Of a DNA stretch of 64,000 nucleotides, positions 1 through 9,692 are shown piece after piece. The position numbers were made by a program, and so were the translations under genes. Source of the stretch: an uncultured Candidatus Saccharibacteria bacterium (GTDB lineage: Bacteria > Patescibacteriota > Doudnabacteria > UBA920); assembly GCA_964436545.1 (NCBI GenBank), contig CAYTCJ010000005.1:12713-76712 (forward strand), in the 5' to 3' direction. A model generated the notes under the pieces. It did no database searches. It saw nothing but the letters and a program-made list of their open reading frames with translations, and was not told where the DNA came from. Numbering within the stretch: position 1 is the stretch's first letter; every line of letters begins with the position of its first letter.

Positions 1-2
1 TA

Positions 3-686
3 ACGGTTAAAGCCGATACCAATGATTGGGCTTCCGGTGGTGCTTCTAACGCTCAATTTACAGTTGGTTTGAACGCGGCCGCTAACGCTACTCTTCGTGG
101 CGCTCAAAGCCAAGCTTCTATTACCCCAACTGTAACCACTTTTGCTCAGTCTTCTACTACTACAGTGGTAAGATCTACAATTACCGTAACCTCTGTTGAT
201 TCCATCACCAGTCCGGTTGGGGTAAGCGTACAAGCCACTGGCGTGCCAGCGACTGACGAAATTATGGGCATCTTTAAGGTCACTGCTTCCTCTGCAGGCG
301 ATGTAAAGCTTAACAGCATTACTTTGCAACAAGGCGGTACAGCCCCAACTGCGGTTGCCGTGCCTTACACCGTTTACGATGCTAACCAGTACTCCACTGC
401 TAATGGTACAGTCAACTTGACTGGTACCACAGCCGGTGCTCTTACTTTGACCACTGCAAGCGAAATTACAGCCGGTCAAAGCAAGTACTTCGTAGTTAAA
501 GCTTCTACCTCTGCCTTCAACACTGCTGGCACTGGTGCTGCTAAGACCTACGATTTGAAGATTACTGCCTTTAGCTTTACCGATGGCGTAACCACTCCAA
601 GCACTGTTGTTGCCAACTCATCTGATTTCATCAACGTGAGCCACGACACCACTGCTTCCGGTTCCACTGGCGGTAGAACTTACTAA
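3..686 (+). CDS. C-terminal part of a large Ser/Thr/Ala/Gly-rich surface (S-layer-like) protein, truncated by the window edge
   Basis: Frame is open from position 3 (TVKADTNDWASGG...) to TAA at 686; beta-strand-like, T/S/A-rich composition; followed by hairpins and a terminator. Confidence 0.6.
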   Translation, partial: TVKADTNDWASGGASNAQFTVGLNAAANATLRGAQSQASITPTVTTFAQSSTTTVVRSTITVTSVDSITSPVGVSVQATGVPATDEIMGIFKVTASSAGDVKLNSITLQQGGTAPTAVAVPYTVYDANQYSTANGTVNLTGTTAGALTLTTASEITAGQSKYFVVKASTSAFNTAGTGAAKTYDLKITAFSFTDGVTTPSTVVANSSDFINVSHDTTASGSTGGRTY

Positions 687-697
687 TCTTACAGAGT

Positions 698-723
698 TTA
701 AATTAAGAGCAATCTTAATTTAA
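698..723 (+). repeat. Perfect 11-bp stem with GCAA tetraloop in the 3' UTR
   Basis: TTAAATTAAGA-GCAA-TCTTAATTTAA. Confidence 0.7.
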
Positions 724-741
724 TTACTAAGATGGTATAAC

Positions 742-786
742 AAATACCCCCGTTTCTCCTTTTGGAGAAGCGGGGGATTTGTTTTG
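742..786 (+). terminator. Rho-independent terminator
   Basis: CCCCCGTTTCTCC-TTTT-GGAGAAGCGGGGG followed by ATTTGTTTTG. Confidence 0.8.
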
Positions 787-819
787 CTTGAAGATCACTT
801 TGGGCATTTTAAAGCATCC

Positions 820-848
820 TTGAAAAGAACAGCTTAATCAAGTATAAT
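820..848 (+). promoter_or_regulatory. Sigma70 promoter, probably giving a leaderless mRNA
   Basis: TTGAAA-17 bp-TATAAT; ATG at 855 lies at the expected transcription start. Confidence 0.6.
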
Positions 849-854
849 CCCCAT

Positions 855-3083
855 ATGAAAATTACAACAGCTAAAAAATTATTTTTTGCTTTATTGGTCT
901 TGGCTTTGCTTTCGGTTTTTGGGTTGTTTAGGGATTTGGCTTATCCGTTTATTACCAGTAAAGTGTTGTGGTTTCGAAGCGCCGTGCTGTTGGCGTTGCC
1001 GATTTATTTTTATCTGCTCAGTTTGGAAAAATCCATTCGGCCCAATTTAAAACATCCTTTGCATTGGGTAGTGTTGGCTTTTTTTGCCATTAACCTTATT
1101 AGCTCCGTATGGGGGGTAAATTTTCATCGAAGCGTGTGGGGTAATTATGAACGTATGGGGGGAGTGTGGTATTTGGGGCATTTAACGTTGCTGTATTTTT
1201 ATTTGGATGCTTTGGCCAAATACAGTAATTTTAAGTTTCAACAAATTTTAAAACTCTTGGCTCTCTTGGGCGCTTTAGGCGGGTTATATGCGGTACTTAC
1301 CAAACTGGGTTTTCCTGCTTGGCCGTTTCCGGACGATTCTTTGCCGGCTCGGGCTTCCGGGTTTTTTGGAAACCCGATTTTCTTTGCCAGTTTTTTAATT
1401 TTTCCTTTTACTTTAAGTTTATTTTTTCTTAAACAAGCTGAGGACAAAAGAGCGTTTCGGTTTTGGCTTTTGGCATCGGCTTTCAATTTTTTAGGTATTT
1501 ATTTCAGCGCGACTCGGGGAGCGCTTTTGGGGTTATTGGTGGGTTTGGGTTTAGGGTTGTTAGTTTGGGCCTTAATGATTGAAGAAAAAAAATACAAGCT
1601 TTATGGCTTATTAGCCATTGCCGGGAGTTTATTAGTGGTATTAATGTTGTTTGTGTTTAGTGGTGCTTTTGCACCCGGTTCAGTGGTGCGGAGGCTTACG
1701 GATTTTGGCGATTCCAACACTCGGGCGCGTATTTTACAATGGGAGGCGGGACTGAAAGGTTTTAAAGACCATCCGGTGCTGGGGGTGGGGCCGGAAAATT
1801 ATTATGTTATTGGGAATAAATATTTTAACCCCAATATCTACCAATACGACAGAAGCTGGTTCGATAAACCACACAACTATCCTTTAGAAGTTTTACTTAC
1901 TTCCGGATTGTTAGGGTTTCTTGCCTATGTAATCTTAATTGGTATGTCCGTGGGCGGAGCGTATCGGGCTTTAAAGCACCAAATTCTTAGCCGGCTGGAA
2001 TTTGCAATTTTATTAGGCGGAATTACGGCCTACCAAGTTCAAAATTTATTTGTGTTCGATACTGTAAGTGCCAGTATGGCCTTTTATGTATTTTTGGCGT
2101 TTACCGCCTTTTTATGGCAAGCCGACAGAGTGGAGAATAAATCGGGAGAGGTTAAAGCGAGTTCCGAAATGGCCACCTACGGACTTATCCTGTGTGGCTT
2201 AGTGGTGGTTTGGGTTTGGTACATCACCAATTTTTTACCGGCCCAAGCCATGGCTAAATTAAACACCGGGGTATCTATTGGGCTAAGAAATCCGGTAGAA
2301 GCCAGAGAAGGTTTTAAAAATGCTTATCGAGCGGATATGAATTTAGATTTAACCGAAACTGCATCTAAATATGAAGAATTTGCCAGTGAGTTAGCCATTG
2401 TTAATCAAAAACCGGAAGACAGAGCTTTTGTTTTAGAGACTGTAAAAGATGTAATTGCGGTCTTGGAATCGGCATTAAAACAGAATTCCAACGATCCTAT
2501 TTTATGGTTTAAGCTCACAAATATGAAATCGACTTTAAAGCACATTACGCAAGCCGAATACTCTAAGGAGATTGAGGAAGTGGCGTTAAAGTCTGTAAGT
2601 TTGGCGCCGAATCGGGTAGAGCCCAGATATTATTTAGTGCAAGCTTTGCAAGTAAAGCGGGATTTGGACCAGGCGGTTAGGGCCCAAATTGAAGTAATTA
2701 AAATTGACTATGCCAACCCCTTTAATTTTTGGCGCATGGCCTTACTGTATAGAGATTTTGGCGATTTGCCGAGGGCATATAATTTGGCAAGGTTTGCCAG
2801 ACAAAACGGGTATGAGTTTAGAAATTTAGCCGAGGCTCAATGGATGGCCAAATATTATTCCGATTTGAACCAATTTAACGAATTACAAAAAGCTTACGAA
2901 GAGTTAATTAAAAACAATTTGGCGGATTTTCAGACTTATGCCAATTTAGCGACTGTGTATGCTAAGTTAGGGGATAAAGACAAAGCTCGCGCCACGGCGC
3001 TTAAAGTTTTGGAATTGGAACCCAAAGCCAAAGCCGATGTGGAATTGTTCTTGAAAAAACTCAACCTCGGCGAACAGTTTTAA
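855..3083 (+). CDS. O-antigen ligase (Wzy_C) family membrane protein with C-terminal TPR repeats; probable protein O-oligosaccharyltransferase
   Basis: Many TM helices; GNP, TRGA, R..QW...GVGPENY and DKPHN motifs; helical TPR-like tail. Confidence 0.85.
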   Translation: MKITTAKKLFFALLVLALLSVFGLFRDLAYPFITSKVLWFRSAVLLALPIYFYLLSLEKSIRPNLKHPLHWVVLAFFAINLISSVWGVNFHRSVWGNYERMGGVWYLGHLTLLYFYLDALAKYSNFKFQQILKLLALLGALGGLYAVLTKLGFPAWPFPDDSLPARASGFFGNPIFFASFLIFPFTLSLFFLKQAEDKRAFRFWLLASAFNFLGIYFSATRGALLGLLVGLGLGLLVWALMIEEKKYKLYGLLAIAGSLLVVLMLFVFSGAFAPGSVVRRLTDFGDSNTRARILQWEAGLKGFKDHPVLGVGPENYYVIGNKYFNPNIYQYDRSWFDKPHNYPLEVLLTSGLLGFLAYVILIGMSVGGAYRALKHQILSRLEFAILLGGITAYQVQNLFVFDTVSASMAFYVFLAFTAFLWQADRVENKSGEVKASSEMATYGLILCGLVVVWVWYITNFLPAQAMAKLNTGVSIGLRNPVEAREGFKNAYRADMNLDLTETASKYEEFASELAIVNQKPEDRAFVLETVKDVIAVLESALKQNSNDPILWFKLTNMKSTLKHITQAEYSKEIEEVALKSVSLAPNRVEPRYYLVQALQVKRDLDQAVRAQIEVIKIDYANPFNFWRMALLYRDFGDLPRAYNLARFARQNGYEFRNLAEAQWMAKYYSDLNQFNELQKAYEELIKNNLADFQTYANLATVYAKLGDKDKARATALKVLELEPKAKADVELFLKKLNLGEQF

Positions 3084-3090
3084 ACCCAAT

Positions 3091-3126
3091 AATCATTCTT
3101 ATATTCTGCAGAATATAAGAATGATT
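3091..3126. repeat. Perfect 36-bp palindrome
   Basis: AATCATTCTTATATTCTG|CAGAATATAAGAATGATT, no loop. Confidence 0.9.
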
Positions 3127-3206
3127 TTGTATATAAGTAACTAGAGTTGATAAAAATTTTCGGTTTGATATACTAATAAAAATTACTAAAATTTAACGAA
3201 ATAAAT

Positions 3207-3515
3207 ATGACAAAGAAACAAAAAATTTGGCTAGGGAATTTTTCAGTATTATTTTTTACTTATCTATTTCCATTATTTATATTTAATAAATATCAAAATA
3301 AAATAAATGATACGAACTTTGTAAAATATTCTGTATTTTTTATTCTATTATGTGGCTCAATATTTTTATTATATTTTAATATAAAAAATTATAACAAAGA
3401 AAAAATTAATAAGTCATTATATATATTTTTTGGACTGTTTGGGGTGTTAGGATTTTTATACTCAATCTCAATATTATTTTTGTTATTTTCATTTAGACAT
3501 GGGATTGGCTTTTAA
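3207..3515 (+). CDS. Small, very AT-rich 3-TM hypothetical membrane protein
   Basis: 102 aa, three hydrophobic segments; TTGATA/TATACT promoter-like boxes upstream; 18 bp before the lipase gene. Confidence 0.55.
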   Translation: MTKKQKIWLGNFSVLFFTYLFPLFIFNKYQNKINDTNFVKYSVFFILLCGSIFLLYFNIKNYNKEKINKSLYIFFGLFGVLGFLYSISILFLLFSFRHGIGF

Positions 3516-3533
3516 TTTGTTAAGCAAAAATTT

Positions 3534-6332
3534 ATGAAACTAAAAATTGTCAAATTATTAATCTTCCTACTGCTAGTTATCGGTTTTCCTATTCAATCTT
3601 TAGCTCAAACCGCAGACCCGAATGTTTGTAGGGCAATAGATAATCATTCTCCCGTAACTAGTATTACTTACGATTATGGACTTAATGGTTTAGTAAGGTT
3701 TCACTACACTATTCCTTACGATTGGCGAAATTTAGATACTGCTGTTTTGTTAGCTACAGAAAACTGTGATATTTTAGGTGGTAGTTACATTAGTAATTCT
3801 ACTAGTTTTATTGGAGTTAGAAAATTATTAATTCAAGTAGTGGATCACGCTCCGGGCTGGTATGAATTTAGAACTTACGATGAAGATACTGGCTTGCCAT
3901 ACCCAGTCGGGGGCTTAACTCCGTTTTGGCGACCAGTGGTGGGTATTAGTTTTGGCGAAACCGGTTCAGGTCCGGGTAGGGCCTGGGTAGACAGTCCTTT
4001 AGTAAGAGTGAAAGATATTACTCAAGTCGACAAACCTCCGGTTTTAATTGTGCCTGGGGTTTTAGGCACAGAGATGTTTAAAGGAAATGAAAAATTATGG
4101 TTGGATATTAATAGAAATTTAACTGATGTAGGTGATCAATTTATGGATGGAATGCTATTTAATAGCAATTTAATACCAATTAACAATTTGAATTTAGGTG
4201 AAGTTATAAAAAAGAAAACTAAAAATATAGGGGTTGGTGATATAGTATTATTTGATTATACCGACGGTTTAATTAATGAATTTACCTCTCAAGGCTACAC
4301 TGAAGGCAAAGATTTATTTACTTTTCCTTATGACTGGCGGTATGGGGTAAATCAAATCAATATAGAAGCTCTGAAGGCAAAAATTCAAGCTATTGGTAAC
4401 GGTGGTAAAGTAAATGTCGTGGCTCATTCCACTGGAGGACTATTAGTGAAGAAGTATGTAAGGGATAACCCCACCACCCATAACATTAACAAAGCTGTGT
4501 TTGTGGGAGTGCCAAATACGGGCGCGCCTAAAGCGATTAAAGTTTTACTGCAAGGTGATAATTTTGGTGTATTAGGTTTGTCCGATGCAGAAATGAAAAA
4601 ATTGGCACAAAATTTACCCGTAGTTTATGACTTAGCCCCAAGTCAAAAGTACTTTACTAATAAAGGCAGTTTTTATAGGGTCATTGAAACATTATTAAAT
4701 CAGCCCATACAAGACAGAGGCTTAAATTATTCTGAAGCCCGGGCTCGAATGTTAACTCAAAAAGGTGCAAATTTATTAGCGTTTAATAACGCGGAAGCTT
4801 TGCATACTTTAGAGTTTGATAATTACGATTTAAGAACCGCTGGTGTGGATGTATATAATATTGTGGGTTGTAAAGCTTACACCTTAAGCCAAGTGATAGA
4901 ACGTACTTGGCAAAATCTTTCCGGAAATTATTATAGTGAATATTTAATACCAGAAATGCTTCCCGGTGATGGCACTGTACCTTTAGAAAGTGCCACCAAC
5001 TTGCCGGTGGATGAATATAAAAAATATTACTCGTTAAGTTCTGAGCATAGTAAAATGTTGAGTCAGTCCGGGACTAGGCAAAAAATTGTTAATATTATAA
5101 CCGGTTCAAATTTGTCAGTAGGGGATACTATTACTCAAGATGTCTCTAAATGTAAGTTAAATGGCAAAGCTTACAGTGTGTATAGTCCCTTGGACATTTC
5201 AGTTAAGGATAATTTAGGCAATGTGTTAGGTTTTTCTGAAGATGGTAGCTTAGAGAATCAGATTCCAAATGCCAGCTTTGAAGTTTTTGAACATAATAAA
5301 TTTGTATTTTTGCCAGAAGATGAAGGTCAAACTTACCAAATTAACCTGAAAGGCACTGGCGAGGGGACTTTTACTTTCAAAGTAGAGAACGTGGAAAATA
5401 ATCAGACTACCGAGACCCAAGTGTTTAGTAATATTCCAGTTAGTACTAGTTTGCAAGGAACAGTTAATGAAAGTAGTCATCAGGCTATATTAAACTTAGA
5501 TATTAATGGGGACAATACAATTGACCAAGTTGTTCAGCCATCTACAATATTAAACTCAGATGAGTCAAAAGATTTATTACCCCCCATTACCACTCTTGAT
5601 GTAACTGGACAAATGGGTGATAAGGGTTTTTATCGTTCTAATATAACTATCACTTTAAGTTCTCTGGACCCGATTACCTTAGGGCAGGAAATGCAAACTT
5701 CCGGGGTACTAAAAACGCAGTATAATTTAAATCAGCAAGGCTGGGTAGATTATAGTTCTCCATTTGTGTTGGAGAATGAGGGTGATTATACTTTAGAATT
5801 TTTTAGTACCGATAAAGCGGGAAATAATGAATCCGTTCAAACCTTACACTTCATAATTGATAAAACCGCTCCGGAATTGGGAATTAAGTTTAATCCTCAA
5901 ACTAAAGATTTAAGTTTTGTTGGAAAAGATAACCTTACTACTACTTCTAAACTCACTTTACTGGATTTAGATGATAATATTACTGTAAAAGATCAAGCTG
6001 GAAATATTACTGAACTAAAGTTAAAAGAAAAAGGTAGAAAAAAAACTTTGAAAGCGGAAATTAAGGCTTTAAGCTATAATGGAGTTAATCAAGATATAAA
6101 TCCCAATAGTTTAAAAGTTAATTGGCAGACCGATAAACAAGGGCAGTTAAAGGAGTTGCATCAAGCAATTCGTTCTAAAAAAGAATATAATGTAAAAGCA
6201 GAGTATAATAGTAAAATCAACAAAACTAAATTAGAAGGTAAGGATGCCTTGGGGAGAATTAATAAGACTTTAGCGGGGTTAGTATTGCTTAATACCTTTA
6301 CAGATAAAGGAGATTTAAAGTGGGAGTATTAA
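3534..6332 (+). CDS. Secreted LCAT/phospholipase-like alpha/beta hydrolase with C-terminal Ig-like domains
   Basis: Signal peptide; PVLIVPG, FPYDWR, AHSTGG nucleophile elbow, GDGTVP, EHSKM; DKAGN/DQAGN Ig-like motifs. Confidence 0.8.
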   Translation: MKLKIVKLLIFLLLVIGFPIQSLAQTADPNVCRAIDNHSPVTSITYDYGLNGLVRFHYTIPYDWRNLDTAVLLATENCDILGGSYISNSTSFIGVRKLLIQVVDHAPGWYEFRTYDEDTGLPYPVGGLTPFWRPVVGISFGETGSGPGRAWVDSPLVRVKDITQVDKPPVLIVPGVLGTEMFKGNEKLWLDINRNLTDVGDQFMDGMLFNSNLIPINNLNLGEVIKKKTKNIGVGDIVLFDYTDGLINEFTSQGYTEGKDLFTFPYDWRYGVNQINIEALKAKIQAIGNGGKVNVVAHSTGGLLVKKYVRDNPTTHNINKAVFVGVPNTGAPKAIKVLLQGDNFGVLGLSDAEMKKLAQNLPVVYDLAPSQKYFTNKGSFYRVIETLLNQPIQDRGLNYSEARARMLTQKGANLLAFNNAEALHTLEFDNYDLRTAGVDVYNIVGCKAYTLSQVIERTWQNLSGNYYSEYLIPEMLPGDGTVPLESATNLPVDEYKKYYSLSSEHSKMLSQSGTRQKIVNIITGSNLSVGDTITQDVSKCKLNGKAYSVYSPLDISVKDNLGNVLGFSEDGSLENQIPNASFEVFEHNKFVFLPEDEGQTYQINLKGTGEGTFTFKVENVENNQTTETQVFSNIPVSTSLQGTVNESSHQAILNLDINGDNTIDQVVQPSTILNSDESKDLLPPITTLDVTGQMGDKGFYRSNITITLSSLDPITLGQEMQTSGVLKTQYNLNQQGWVDYSSPFVLENEGDYTLEFFSTDKAGNNESVQTLHFIIDKTAPELGIKFNPQTKDLSFVGKDNLTTTSKLTLLDLDDNITVKDQAGNITELKLKEKGRKKTLKAEIKALSYNGVNQDINPNSLKVNWQTDKQGQLKELHQAIRSKKEYNVKAEYNSKINKTKLEGKDALGRINKTLAGLVLLNTFTDKGDLKWEY

Positions 6333-6336
6333 ATAT

Positions 6337-8475
6337 ATGTTAGATAATAAAAATAAATTGAGGTTTAATGTTTTTTTCGGTTTGGTGTGTTTGGCGTTAA
6401 CTTCACCTTTGTGGGTGAGTAAACAATTATTATTCCCTTATGTCACCACCAAGGCATTTGTTTTGCGTTTGGCCATAGAGTTGGCTTTGCCATTTTATGC
6501 GTATTTTCTACTTACTCATCCTCAGAGTCGACCGAACCTTAAAAGTCCGCTAAATTTTGCTGTGGTTGGATTTGTGTTAACCACTTGGCTTTCTGCATTT
6601 TTTGGAGAAAATCTAATTAAGAGTGTTTTTGGTAATTTTGAAAGAATGGGGGGAGCCTTGTATGTGACTCATTTAGCCTTATTGTATTTTTATATTATTT
6701 TTTTGGGTCAAACGGCCTCCAAATATTTATTTCGCATACTGCAATTTTTTATTTTGGTTAGTTTTGTAATTTGTACCAATGGCGTGGTGGGATGGCTAGG
6801 CGGACCAACTTTGGTGTTGGATCCCAGCTTACCGGGGAGGGCTTCTTCCACTTTGGGCAACCCAATTTATTTAGGGGCTTTTGCCATTGTGCCCATGTTT
6901 TTGTGTTTATATTTTTTGTTAAACCAGTCTAAACTTTCCAGTAAAATTATTTATGGAGTGTTAGCGGTTATCTTTTTTTTAGCTATGATGCAAAGTGGAA
7001 CCAGAGGGGCTTTGGTTGGTGTGTTATTGGGTTTGGCGGTAGGAGTAATTTTATATATATTTTTAAACACCAGTAAAGCATTAAAGCAAAAGGGGATTAT
7101 TTTTATTGTAATTTGTGGTGGATTTTTTGGTTATTTGTTTTGGCAACCGCAAGTTTTACCCACAGGTAGCACGGTGCGGAGGATTTTTGAGTTGCGCGAT
7201 ACCAATACCAGCTCCAGAATTATTCAATGGCAAACGGCTTTGCGCGGGTTTAAAGATTATCCGTTCTTGGGAGTCGGACCGGAAAATTATTACGTGATTT
7301 CCAACAAATATTACAATCCCGAAAGCTACCAATACGACAGAAGCTGGTTTGATAAGCCTCATAACTATCCTTTAGAAATTTTAGTTACCGGCGGAATCAT
7401 TAACTTTATTTTTTATGTCGGGATAATTCTTTTTACCCTGAAGATTTTATTGGCGTCTTATAAACAAGAGTTTTTATCTTTATTGGAATTTTGTGTTTTG
7501 GTCGCCGGGTTGGTAGCTTATTTGGGGCAAAATATGTTTGTTTTTGATACCGTACCAACCAGTGTGGCCTTTTATGTGGTAATTGGCTTGGCCGGGGTTT
7601 TGGATATTTTAATGCAGAAAAAACAAAAATCAACTGTTGTTATTCCGGATTTACCTAAAATTTTTCGGTTCTCCATGGTAGGCCTAGTATTTTTGGTAGT
7701 CGTATATAGCGGTTATTATTTAAATTGGCTACCCATTTGGGCCTCTAAAAATACGAATTATGGATTAGCTTACGCTTCGATAAATTTAGAAAAATCGGTT
7801 GGGTATTTTAACGATGTGATTAATAATCAATTTAATTTTGATGTATCTGAATCTGCATCAAAATATGCCGATGCCTTATTGCCAGCTTTAACTCCAGAAG
7901 TGCTAGCTAAATTAGATAAAAGTAAACTGCTCCAGTATTTGCAATCTTTGGAAGAATATTTAGCTTTGGCGAGTTATAAATCGCCTTTGGATCCGATTTT
8001 ATTACAAAAATTAGCCAGTGTGAGATTTCAACTGGCCTATTATTCCAATTCTTTGAATTTATTCAATAGCGCAATTACAGATTTAGAACAAGCGGTGGCT
8101 TTGGCTCCTACCCGAGTGGAGGCCAGAGAAGCTTTGGCGCAAATTCGTATTTTTCAGGGTCAAGATGCAGAAGCCTTAAAGTTAGTGGAAAAAAACGTAG
8201 AATACGATAAAGCTTATTTTAAAACACGTTGGTTGTATGCCACCTTATTAAATAAAAATAAGCAAATAGAAAAAAGTATAGAACAAGCTTCGGTAGCTTT
8301 AGCATTAGGTTATGAGCCACATACTTTAGGTGAAGTAAAATGGCTAATTGACGCGTTGGTACAAAAACAAAATTTTAAACAAGTGGTAGCTGTGTATGAA
8401 TTGGTTAATAAGGCAAATAAATTAAGTTTAGAAGACCAACAGCAGTTGTTGAAATATCGAGCTAGGGAGCAGTAG
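6337..8475 (+). CDS. Second O-antigen ligase/TPR family protein (paralogue of 855..3083)
   Basis: Same motifs, including shared YQYDRSWFDKPHNYPLE and GVGPENYYVI. Confidence 0.85.
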   Translation: MLDNKNKLRFNVFFGLVCLALTSPLWVSKQLLFPYVTTKAFVLRLAIELALPFYAYFLLTHPQSRPNLKSPLNFAVVGFVLTTWLSAFFGENLIKSVFGNFERMGGALYVTHLALLYFYIIFLGQTASKYLFRILQFFILVSFVICTNGVVGWLGGPTLVLDPSLPGRASSTLGNPIYLGAFAIVPMFLCLYFLLNQSKLSSKIIYGVLAVIFFLAMMQSGTRGALVGVLLGLAVGVILYIFLNTSKALKQKGIIFIVICGGFFGYLFWQPQVLPTGSTVRRIFELRDTNTSSRIIQWQTALRGFKDYPFLGVGPENYYVISNKYYNPESYQYDRSWFDKPHNYPLEILVTGGIINFIFYVGIILFTLKILLASYKQEFLSLLEFCVLVAGLVAYLGQNMFVFDTVPTSVAFYVVIGLAGVLDILMQKKQKSTVVIPDLPKIFRFSMVGLVFLVVVYSGYYLNWLPIWASKNTNYGLAYASINLEKSVGYFNDVINNQFNFDVSESASKYADALLPALTPEVLAKLDKSKLLQYLQSLEEYLALASYKSPLDPILLQKLASVRFQLAYYSNSLNLFNSAITDLEQAVALAPTRVEAREALAQIRIFQGQDAEALKLVEKNVEYDKAYFKTRWLYATLLNKNKQIEKSIEQASVALALGYEPHTLGEVKWLIDALVQKQNFKQVVAVYELVNKANKLSLEDQQQLLKYRAREQ

Positions 8476-9616
8476 TGGTTAGTTGAGAATAAATTTTTTG
8501 GGTTTCAGTTAGCATTTGGGTTTGGGAAAAATTCTGGGCTCTTTGCTCAGCTAAGTTAGCCAATTTTAGTTGCTCATTGGGGTTATTTATTAAATACTTT
8601 AGGGCCTCTGCTAAGGCTGGGGGTTGGTTAGCTTCTACTAGGATTCCCGCATTGTCCACAGCTTCAGGTATGCCCCCAACTTTAGTGGTAATTATAGGCA
8701 AGCCGGCTTGCATGGCTTCCAAGAGAGTATAGGGGAAACCCTCTTTTCTGGAAGGTAGAATAAAGATATCAAAAGCTTTTAGATAAACAGAAGCGTTATC
8801 AATGCTTCCCGGAGTGAGGACGATGCCTTCCAGTTTTAAATTTTTAATTTTTAATTTTAAATTTTTAAACTCTGGTCCATTGCCAATGAGGACGATTTGC
8901 ATTTTAGATTTTATTTCATTTGGCATTAAAGCCATGGCCTGCATTAGCGTATCTAAACCTTTGGTTTTGTAAAAACCAGCTATGGTGCCAATAATAAGTT
9001 TATTGGCGGGTAATTTTAAAAAACTTTGTGCCTCAGACTTTGGCAGAAAATTAATTGGTTCAATGCCATTGTAAATGGTGGAAATTTGATGTGGGGAAAT
9101 TAGTCGGTACTTTTGGGCAGAATGTTTATCGGCATTGGATACGCAAATTATGTAATCACGAAAGTGACTGGCCAGTTTTTCCGCAATTATGTAAAATATT
9201 TTTTTAATTAAACTCATCGGTTCGTTAAAAACAAATCCGTGTGCAGTAAAAATTGTTTTAGTTTTAAGCCCAATGCTGGCAAAACTGCCGAGAATGCCGG
9301 CTTTAGAAGAGTTTAGGTGAAGAATGTCGGGATTATAATTTTTAATTAGTTGGCGGATTTCCCCAATGGCCAAAATATCATGCCAAGGATTTAGGTTTCG
9401 TTTAAGATGCTTGATTGGGAAGGTGGTGATTTCTATTTTTTTTGCATCATCAAAAAGTGTTTGGGTGTCTATGCTCTTCGAGTCTGAGCCTGAGGGTTCG
9501 TTCCTCAGAGTCGCATGACCGGAAGCAATTGCACCTTTAAAATGTTTGGCTAAAGCGAGCGTGTATTTTTGCGCTCCACCTCTGTCCGCTTGAGTAATTA
9601 AATATAAAATTTTCAT
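8462..9616 (-). CDS. GT4 family glycosyltransferase
   Basis: GGAQ N-terminus, HLNSSKAG, TAHG, KGLD, PSRKEGFPYTLLEAM. Confidence 0.9.
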   Translation of the reverse strand: MKILYLITQADRGGAQKYTLALAKHFKGAIASGHATLRNEPSGSDSKSIDTQTLFDDAKKIEITTFPIKHLKRNLNPWHDILAIGEIRQLIKNYNPDILHLNSSKAGILGSFASIGLKTKTIFTAHGFVFNEPMSLIKKIFYIIAEKLASHFRDYIICVSNADKHSAQKYRLISPHQISTIYNGIEPINFLPKSEAQSFLKLPANKLIIGTIAGFYKTKGLDTLMQAMALMPNEIKSKMQIVLIGNGPEFKNLKLKIKNLKLEGIVLTPGSIDNASVYLKAFDIFILPSRKEGFPYTLLEAMQAGLPIITTKVGGIPEAVDNAGILVEANQPPALAEALKYLINNPNEQLKLANLAEQRAQNFSQTQMLTETQKIYSQLTTTAP

Positions 9617-9692
9617 TTTTTAGGCTTTACTAAGCCGGTTAATTTATGGTATTTTATATAGTATAAAGTATTAAGCGTAAAGTATAAAGAGC

